Assembly (NCBI GenBank): GCA_965219995.1
Contig: CBDCOX010000002.1
Coordinates: 1-64,000, forward strand
Direction: 5' to 3'
DNA: 64,000 bases
Source: Candidatus Latescibacterota bacterium
Lineage (GTDB): Bacteria; Latescibacterota; UBA2968; GCA-2709665
This document shows positions 57,710-64,000 of the stretch, in pieces. Position 1 is the first letter of the stretch. The number at the start of each line of letters is the position of its first letter. The notes under the pieces are model-generated. The model was not told the origin of the DNA and made no database searches. It worked only from the letters and a program-made list of their open reading frames with translations. Position numbers and translations under genes: made by a program.

Positions 57710-58747
57710 TCAGCCAAAAAAGACCCTGGCGATGTCATACATATTCATATCGACGGTGCGCAACTTGGATACCGCGTCTTTCAGGGGCACAGATACGATA
57801 TCTGTACCACGCAGCGCCACCATCTGGCCGAATTCGCCGGCGTGCACGAGGTCGATCGCGGCGATGCCGAACCGGGTGCCCAGAACGCGATCGAATGCAG
57901 TCGGATTGCCTCCGCGCTGGATGTGGCCCAGCACGGTTACCCGGGTTTCGAAGCCCGTTCGCTTTTCTATTTCTTCGCCGAGTACGATACCGATTCCGCC
58001 CAGACGCACGTGCCCGAAGGCATCGCGTTCCTCGGACTGAAGTACGTGCGACTCGTCGGACAGCCTGGCGCCCTCCGCAACCACCACGATACTGAAGGTC
58101 TTGCCGCGGTCGTGGCGTTTCTGAATGGATGCGCAGACCATATCCAGGTCGACGGGCTGTTCGGGTATCAGCACCATGTCGGCGCCGCCCGCGATGCCCG
58201 CTTCCACGGCGATCCAGCCCGCGTGACGCCCCATCACCTCGACCACCATCACCCGGTTGTGGGATTCGGCGGTCGTATGCAGCCTGTCAATGGCGTCCGT
58301 GACGGTATTGATGGCCGTATCGAACCCGAATGTCTGGTCCGTTCCGTCCAGATCGTTGTCGATGGTCTTTGGCACGCCGATGACGTTCACGCCTTCTTCG
58401 TACAGCTTGCTCGCCACGCCGACCGTGTCGTCTCCGCCGACGGCAATCAGCGCATCCAGCCCCATATTGATCAGATTCTCCTTTACGGTCGCGCTACCGT
58501 TGGGCTCCTTGAACGGATTGGTCCTGGATGTGCCCAGGATGGTACCTCCCCGGGGCAGGATGCCCGAAACCGCATTCAGGTCCAGCGGCATGGAGATCGA
58601 CTCGAGCATGCCTCTCCAGCCCAGCATAACGCCCACGATCTCGTAACCGTAAGCGTCTATTCCTTTCCTGGTAACCGCCCGTATTACCGCGTTCAACCCG
58701 GGGCAATCGCCGCCGCCGGTTAAAATGCCAACACGCCTGATCGCCAT
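57710..58747 (-). CDS. pfkA: 6-phosphofructokinase
   Basis: TGGGDCPGLN, GGTILG, GGDDT, PKTIDND, VMGR, LGHIQRGG. Confidence 0.95.
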   Translation of the reverse strand: MAIRRVGILTGGGDCPGLNAVIRAVTRKGIDAYGYEIVGVMLGWRGMLESISMPLDLNAVSGILPRGGTILGTSRTNPFKEPNGSATVKENLINMGLDALIAVGGDDTVGVASKLYEEGVNVIGVPKTIDNDLDGTDQTFGFDTAINTVTDAIDRLHTTAESHNRVMVVEVMGRHAGWIAVEAGIAGGADMVLIPEQPVDLDMVCASIQKRHDRGKTFSIVVVAEGARLSDESHVLQSEERDAFGHVRLGGIGIVLGEEIEKRTGFETRVTVLGHIQRGGNPTAFDRVLGTRFGIAAIDLVHAGEFGQMVALRGTDIVSVPLKDAVSKLRTVDMNMYDIARVFFG

Positions 58748-58851
58748 GGGAGCGCTCCGCGCCAGGTCCGATTGTCACGCATGATTTGTCGCACGGACAG
58801 GGTCCGTGTACACGGCTGCCCATCCGCAATACGACTCGTTCGGAAACCGTA

Positions 58852-58880
58852 AATTTAACGCATCACTCGCACAGTGTCAA
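58852..58880 (-). promoter_or_regulatory. Promoter of the glycolytic operon
   Basis: TTGACA-N17-TAAATT on the minus strand. Confidence 0.65.
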
Positions 58881-58916
58881 GTTGTTTTTTTTGTCAAAGT
58901 GTTTGGAATCAACGCG

Positions 58917-59702
58917 TTAGATGAAAAGACGGGCGCTGGAATCGTCCTTCGGGGGCCCCGTTTTTTCCGCATCGAAATAGGGACATGCCACGGTCGCCAC
59001 GTCGACTTCGGATGCGCCCGCTTCGAGCAGTGCGGCGGCACACGCGTTGGCCGTGGCCCCCGTGGTAACCACGTCGTCCACGAGCAGTACCCTGCGTTCC
59101 CTGACGCGATCGCGCCGGCGACTGCGGAACGCGCCCTCCATATTTGCGCCGCGTTCCGCCGAGTCCAGGTTCGTCTGGGTTTCCGTGGCACGAACGCGCT
59201 TCAGCGCACGGTCTTCAAGGGAAAGATCCAGCACCCGTGCCATGGCGCGGGCGATCAGTACGCTCTGGTTGTAGCCCCTTTCGCGCAGCCGGCTGCCGTG
59301 GAGGGGCACCGGCACAACGACCGGCCGGGCTTCCGCGAGCGATTCCCTTTCCAGCATCCGTCCCAGGGCCCGGCCGAGGGCCTGGCCGGCAGCGGTCTGC
59401 CCCTGATATTTCAACATGTGAACCAGTCGCTGCGCCGACTGGCTATAGGTTGTGAGCGCAAACAACCGGGAAAATACAAACGCTTTGTCCGCGCAATTCG
59501 CGCACGGATCGGAAAGTCCCGGACAGCCGCACCGGGCGCATCGCGGTCCCTGGATGATGCCCAGCGCCTCCCAGCAACCGGGACAAAGCCCGTCGGATTC
59601 CTCGAGCGGTGTCCGGCAGAGCAGACAGTGCGGGGGATATACGAAGCTGAGTACGGATTCCCGGAAAGATTGAAGGAACTGAATGAAGGCGTCCCGTTTC
59701 AA
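58917..59702 (-). CDS. comF: ComF family protein (double zinc ribbon plus phosphoribosyltransferase)
   Basis: CLLC..CPGC..CARC..CANC, PVPLH, RGYNQ, LLVDDVVTTGAT. Start approximate. Confidence 0.92.
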   Translation of the reverse strand: MKRDAFIQFLQSFRESVLSFVYPPHCLLCRTPLEESDGLCPGCWEALGIIQGPRCARCGCPGLSDPCANCADKAFVFSRLFALTTYSQSAQRLVHMLKYQGQTAAGQALGRALGRMLERESLAEARPVVVPVPLHGSRLRERGYNQSVLIARAMARVLDLSLEDRALKRVRATETQTNLDSAERGANMEGAFRSRRRDRVRERRVLLVDDVVTTGATANACAAALLEAGASEVDVATVACPYFDAEKTGPPKDDSSARLFI

Positions 59703-59875
59703 TCGATCACCGCCTGAATGAAGAGAAATGGCTTGCAAAAGCAGCCCGTTACCAATACATTCCCACACTCGATCCCACCGTCCGCGCACGGTTGGTGAAT
59801 CCCGCTTCCAACGTGCGATTCCGTCTCCCCGCTCCCGCACGGCCACGCCCCTTTTTCCCGTCCCGGTCGACCTCC

Positions 59876-61852
59876 ATGAAAAATACCCGCGCGATCATCT
59901 TCGATCTTGACGGAACCCTCTTCGACCTGGACCCACTGGTTCAGGCCGCCCGCAAGAGGGTCGCGCGCCATCTCCATGCCCATGGTTTCTTCGCCTCGGA
60001 ATCCTACGCCCTCAGCCGGATCAACGAACTGGAACGGCGGCACGGGCCCTACTATTCTTCGTCTCCCTATTATTTCGCCTTCTACGACATCGCCAAAGCC
60101 CTCCAGCGCGACAAGCCCGATCAACTCGCCGATTATATCAACAGGCTGCGTCCCAGCCATCGGAGTCTGGAGGACACCGACTCCATCGAAGCCTTTGTTG
60201 CGGAACTCGAATACGTCTACAACAGCGAGGCCGTCGAAGACGTAAAGCTCTTTCCGGGCGCGTTCCAGACGCTGCAGGAACTTCGCGACGCGGGCTGCCT
60301 GCTCTTTCTGGTGACGTTCGGGCGGACGCTTCGGCAGAAAAACAAGATAAATCTCCTGAAGATTGCGCCTTACTTCCACAGAATCGTCAACGAAGGCCCG
60401 CCGTCTCACGACTATTGGTTCGCCGAACTCATCAAAGACCATAAACTTTCGCCCGAGGAAGTCGTGTGCGTAGGCGACCGCGCCCAAGATGAGATTCGGG
60501 CGGGCAACCGGCTCGGATGCACGACGGTCTGGATGCGCCGCGGACGATTCGCCGAGGAGGAGCCGGGTGAGGGCGACCGGCCTACCCATCAGATCCGCCT
60601 CCTCCCTCAACTCTCGACCCTGATCCACCTGGCTCGCATGGACAAGGACCGGCGCCGGTTGAAAGTGGCCGCGCTCGGCGGGGGCACCGGGCTTCCCATC
60701 GTACTGCGAGGAATCCAGACCTACACCGACAGCCCTGCCGCGGTGGTTGCGGTTACCGACACCGGGGCCTCCTCGGGACGCATCCGCTGGAATCTGGGGG
60801 TGCAGCCGCCCGGCGACATCCGCAACGCGCTGACCGCGCTCGCCGATCGACGCCGTGTCTCCTCGGGGTTGATCCGCGTATTTCAACACCGGTTTCCGAA
60901 CAGTGAACGGGAAGCCGGGATCTTCCGGAACGACAACATCGGTAACTTCCTGATTGCCGCGCTGACCCAGCAACTCGGCGATTTCCAGAAAGCCATCGAG
61001 ACGGCCGGCGATATGCTGCGCATACGCGGGGAGGTCTTTCCCGCCACGAACCAGAACGTGGACATCTGCGCCGAACTCGAAAACGGAGATCAGCGCTATA
61101 CCGAGTGGATGGTGCGCAAAACCGGTAAATCGCCTCTAAAGCGCGCATATCATGTCGCCAACGGCGATATCCTTCGGGAGTTACAACAATCCGACGGCGC
61201 CCTATACATGGAGGAGGATTCCCAAACCGGTCAGGTGGAGGTCTACGCCAGGCCCGGAAAGGACTTCCAACCCGCCAGGAACGGGGCCCGCGCACCGCGC
61301 GCCGCCGTGCAGGCCCTCGCGGACGCGGACGTCGTGGTCCTCGGTCCCGGCAGCCTCTTCACGAGTGTGATTACAAATCTGCTCGTGCCGGACATCACCC
61401 GTGCGCTGTCCGCCCGTCAACACGGCAAGGTCCTCTACGTCTGCAATATCGTGACCCAGCCCGGGCAGACCGACGGATTCGGCGCGTCGGACCATCTCCG
61501 CGCTATTTTGCGACACTTTCCGGAAAGACATACCGGTATCCTGGACCACATGCTTGTGCAGGATCCGGAGGCGTTCCACAGGCCTGGAGGCCGAAAATGG
61601 CAACCGGTGCTGAATGCGTACCTCCGCGATGGCAAGGAACCGGTGAGATGCGATCCCGATGAGATCCGGCGTCTGGTAGCCTGCACGGTAACCGACCTGC
61701 TGGAGGACTACACGTCCGAGGCGAGGAGCCGCAGCGCGGGAGACTTTATCAGCCACAATCCGGACAGGGTGGCCGACGCGGTCTGCCGCGTGTACTGCGG
61801 GTTGGAAGTGCCGGACTACGGGGAGCTGGACAATGGCTCGTCGACGGATTGA
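59876..61852 (+). CDS. Fusion of a HAD-superfamily hydrolase and a YvcK/GlmR (CofD-like) domain
   Basis: N-terminal FDLDGTL, LVT, VGDR. C-terminal ALGGGTGL, DTGASSG, PPGDIRN, GNFL, GPGSLFTS, NIVTQPGQT, H.PD. Confidence 0.9.
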   Translation: MKNTRAIIFDLDGTLFDLDPLVQAARKRVARHLHAHGFFASESYALSRINELERRHGPYYSSSPYYFAFYDIAKALQRDKPDQLADYINRLRPSHRSLEDTDSIEAFVAELEYVYNSEAVEDVKLFPGAFQTLQELRDAGCLLFLVTFGRTLRQKNKINLLKIAPYFHRIVNEGPPSHDYWFAELIKDHKLSPEEVVCVGDRAQDEIRAGNRLGCTTVWMRRGRFAEEEPGEGDRPTHQIRLLPQLSTLIHLARMDKDRRRLKVAALGGGTGLPIVLRGIQTYTDSPAAVVAVTDTGASSGRIRWNLGVQPPGDIRNALTALADRRRVSSGLIRVFQHRFPNSEREAGIFRNDNIGNFLIAALTQQLGDFQKAIETAGDMLRIRGEVFPATNQNVDICAELENGDQRYTEWMVRKTGKSPLKRAYHVANGDILRELQQSDGALYMEEDSQTGQVEVYARPGKDFQPARNGARAPRAAVQALADADVVVLGPGSLFTSVITNLLVPDITRALSARQHGKVLYVCNIVTQPGQTDGFGASDHLRAILRHFPERHTGILDHMLVQDPEAFHRPGGRKWQPVLNAYLRDGKEPVRCDPDEIRRLVACTVTDLLEDYTSEARSRSAGDFISHNPDRVADAVCRVYCGLEVPDYGELDNGSSTD

Positions 61853-62525
61853 TGCCGTCATCTTCGACCTGGACGACACCCTGTTCGACTGCACCGGCCA
61901 ACTGACGGAACCGGCGCGCCTTCGGGCGGCTGAAGTCCTTGCCGCGGCCATCCCCGATTCAGACGTGCATGTCCTGCGCCGCCAGCAGGGGGAACTGGTC
62001 GAACGGTTGAGTTCCTCCGACTCCATTCGCGAAATCGCCGGCCGGCACGGACTGTCAGCCGATGTCGCGGAAAGCGCGCTTTCGGCCTACAATCGGGACG
62101 AGGTGGAAGATATCGCGCCCTTTCCGGATACGCTCGTAACGCTGGATGAACTCGCGACGAGGAATTACCGGCTCTGCCTCGTGACCACCGGCCGCCCGGA
62201 ACGGCAGCGGCGAAAGATAAGCCGCCTGGGCCTGTGCGGTTATTTCAGCGAGGGGGACGGCACCCTCTTTTTTCACGACGACCGGGACGACCGTGAAAAA
62301 GACGGGGCGCTGCGTCGGGCGGCCCGTCGATACGACCTTCCGCCCGGCCGGATCCTGTCGGTGGGGGACAAGCTGGATTCCGAGATCGCGGCTTCCAGGC
62401 GCCTGGGCATGCGCACTGCGCGCCTGCGCTTCGGCAGACAAAAAAACCAGCGCCCTCGAACTCCCGAGGAACGCCCGGACCACGAACTGAACCGCCTGTC
62501 GGACCTGCTTGAATTGCTTCCCTGA
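61833..62525 (+). CDS. HAD-superfamily hydrolase
   Basis: FDLDDTL, LVTTG, EK, VGDKLDSE. Overlaps the end of the fusion gene. Confidence 0.9.
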   Translation: MARRRIDAVIFDLDDTLFDCTGQLTEPARLRAAEVLAAAIPDSDVHVLRRQQGELVERLSSSDSIREIAGRHGLSADVAESALSAYNRDEVEDIAPFPDTLVTLDELATRNYRLCLVTTGRPERQRRKISRLGLCGYFSEGDGTLFFHDDRDDREKDGALRRAARRYDLPPGRILSVGDKLDSEIAASRRLGMRTARLRFGRQKNQRPRTPEERPDHELNRLSDLLELLP

Positions 62526-62537
62526 AATAACGCGCGT

Positions 62538-63329
62538 TTACTGGTTTCCCTTCCGCGCCCCGGCATTCGCTGTGACCCGATCGCCTCGACGCAACCCCAG
62601 TTTCCGCGCCGCATTGCCTCCGTTGATCGCGACCTCCAGCGTATCCTCGCTTCCGTAGAGAACCAGCGCCTCGCCCTCCGGCACGTCGGCGTACGTCCGG
62701 GAGATGCCGTCAAACAGATTCTTCCCGATACGGACGCGGACCTCGCCGTCTCCCACGCGCTGCCTGCCAAGATTGCTGATCGCATTTCCGAAACCATCGA
62801 CGTGCACGATCCGCCCCACAACGTCGTCGCCGCACGCATGAACCGTCCACAGATCCAGGCGGTTGGGGTCCGCAACCGGCGGTCCCAGTTCCTCAGCCGG
62901 AACTCCGTTGCTCAGATGCGCCGCAACGGGGCCGAAGATGTCCCGGCCGTGAAACGTCGAGCTCACCGCGGGTCTGAAGCGCGCCGCATTGCGGATTTCA
63001 ACGACCTTCCACTTCATTTCGCGCTCGAATACGGCGCTGAACAGTCCGTTGTCCGGACCGACGAACAGGTATTCCGACGTATCCACCACGATCGCGCGGC
63101 GGGCGCTTCCAACCCCGGGATCCACAACCGCGAGATGGACCGTGCCGGCCGGGAAATAACGGTATGCGCTGGAAAGGACATAGGCGCCGGAGGCCACGTC
63201 CTGCGGAGGGATCCGGTGGGCCACGTCCACCAGGGTGGCGTCCGGAGCGATTGCGAGCATCGCGCCCTTCATCGCGGCCACGTACCCGTCGTGAAGCCCG
63301 AAATCCGATGTCAGCGTGATCACAGCCAA
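62538..63329 (-). CDS. SAM hydrolase / SAM-dependent halogenase family (DUF62)
   Basis: TSDFG, VVDPGVG, GPDNG, TFHGRDIF, DGFGN. GGAGG RBS before TTG 63329. Confidence 0.93.
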   Translation of the reverse strand: MAVITLTSDFGLHDGYVAAMKGAMLAIAPDATLVDVAHRIPPQDVASGAYVLSSAYRYFPAGTVHLAVVDPGVGSARRAIVVDTSEYLFVGPDNGLFSAVFEREMKWKVVEIRNAARFRPAVSSTFHGRDIFGPVAAHLSNGVPAEELGPPVADPNRLDLWTVHACGDDVVGRIVHVDGFGNAISNLGRQRVGDGEVRVRIGKNLFDGISRTYADVPEGEALVLYGSEDTLEVAINGGNAARKLGLRRGDRVTANAGARKGNQ

Positions 63330-63368
63330 GACACACCTCCACACCTCACCCCCGGCCGCCCGACCACC

Positions 63369-63527
63369 GGGTGAGACGTAAGACGGAAGAGGGTAGAGAT
63401 TACCAGCCTTGTTAGGATTCTTCTCGTGCCGGAGGCAAGAAGGAACAAAAAAATCGGGCGAGTATTTCTTCTACCGTCTACCGGCTCCCGTCTCACCGCT
63501 GTTGGTCTACCGTCTTCCCTCTACCCG
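63369..63527. repeat. Third heptamer (NNAGACG)-bounded cassette
   Basis: Left GTGAGACG TAAGACG GAAGAGG GTAGA; right TCTACCG TCTACCG GCTCCCG TCTCACCGC. Internal GTGCCGGAGGCA is shared with 22498-22509. Confidence 0.78.
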
Positions 63528-63717
63528 CATTCAGGCTTTTTTTATTGAGGCTAAGTGCCGATATCCACAATATAACGCATGTCCGGCTGTCACGTGAAAC
63601 AGGATTCAAGCCCGTCCCGCGAGACGGAACGGACGTCCTCCTGCCCGCGAGGCTTGAGAGCGCGTGCGGGCAAGGCATGACGCCGGGCTCCCGACTGGCA
63701 GTTCCTTATCCCTGTTC

Positions 63718-64000
63718 TCAGAACAGTTCCGCCTCCTTCATGCTCAGAAACCGCTCCGCGCCAAGAATGATGTGGTCCAGCACCTCGATGCCCATAATCT
63801 CTCCGGCCTGCACCATCCGACGCGTCAGTTCGATGTCCTCACGGCTCGGCGTCACGTCCCCCGACGGGTGGTTGTGCGCCAGGATGACGCTGGCGGCGCT
63901 CGTGCCCACGGCGGGGAAGAACACCTCCCGGGGATGAACCAGCGACGCGTTCAGCGACCCCACCGACACCTCCTCCCGGCAGATGACCTGGTTGCGGGCA
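63718..64000 (-). CDS. radC: RadC (JAB domain) protein, C-terminal part
   Basis: VHPREVF, AHNHPSGD, VLDHIILG; runs off the window. Confidence 0.95.
   Translation of the reverse strand, partial: ARNQVICREEVSVGSLNASLVHPREVFFPAVGTSAASVILAHNHPSGDVTPSREDIELTRRMVQAGEIMGIEVLDHIILGAERFLSMKEAELF

Noticed and set aside
62538-63329. Fluorinase/chlorinase
   Set aside because: Retains the DUF62 hydrolase-type D, R and H motifs (TFHGRD) in a housekeeping context; SAM hydrolase is more likely.
63590-63716. Structured RNA between radC and the SAM hydrolase (for example a SAM riboswitch)
   Set aside because: Some short complementary segments, but no SAM riboswitch consensus recognised; more like decayed REP-type hairpins.

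Overview
High-GC bacterial chromosomal segment, mostly metabolic and housekeeping genes. A paired DxDxDGxVxFxDF dockerin/EF-hand protein, a GHL10-like protein, a sialidase-like protein and a PhyH gene suggest a Latescibacterota/FCB-type organism (inference only). Left edge: a lower-GC island at the 3' end of tRNA-Glu with an amino-DNA methyltransferase coupled to the start of a GHKL ATPase gene that the ORF track misses. Next come tRNA-Val, zinc-ribbon, RNase H, rnpB and pyrF; rnpB carries a 161-bp TIR/TSD-bounded MITE-like insertion in helix P3. The middle holds hydrolase and dehydrogenase genes, an LpoB/COG3014 lipoprotein cluster, a BlaI/M56(-DUF4837-like) pair divergent from a TetR-RND operon, and an AAA-DUF4143 gene behind two tandem 30-bp palindromes. 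The right part holds pfkA-gap-pgk-tpiA-secG-tRNA-Leu, comF, a HAD-YvcK fusion plus a second HAD, a SAM hydrolase and partial radC. Several families of non-autonomous intergenic repeats (7-mer- and 9-mer-bounded cassettes, REP-like hairpins, a two-copy 340-470 bp element) are nested in one another. I saw no CRISPR array, integrase, transposase or rRNA. All protein calls come from motif recognition; no database search was run.
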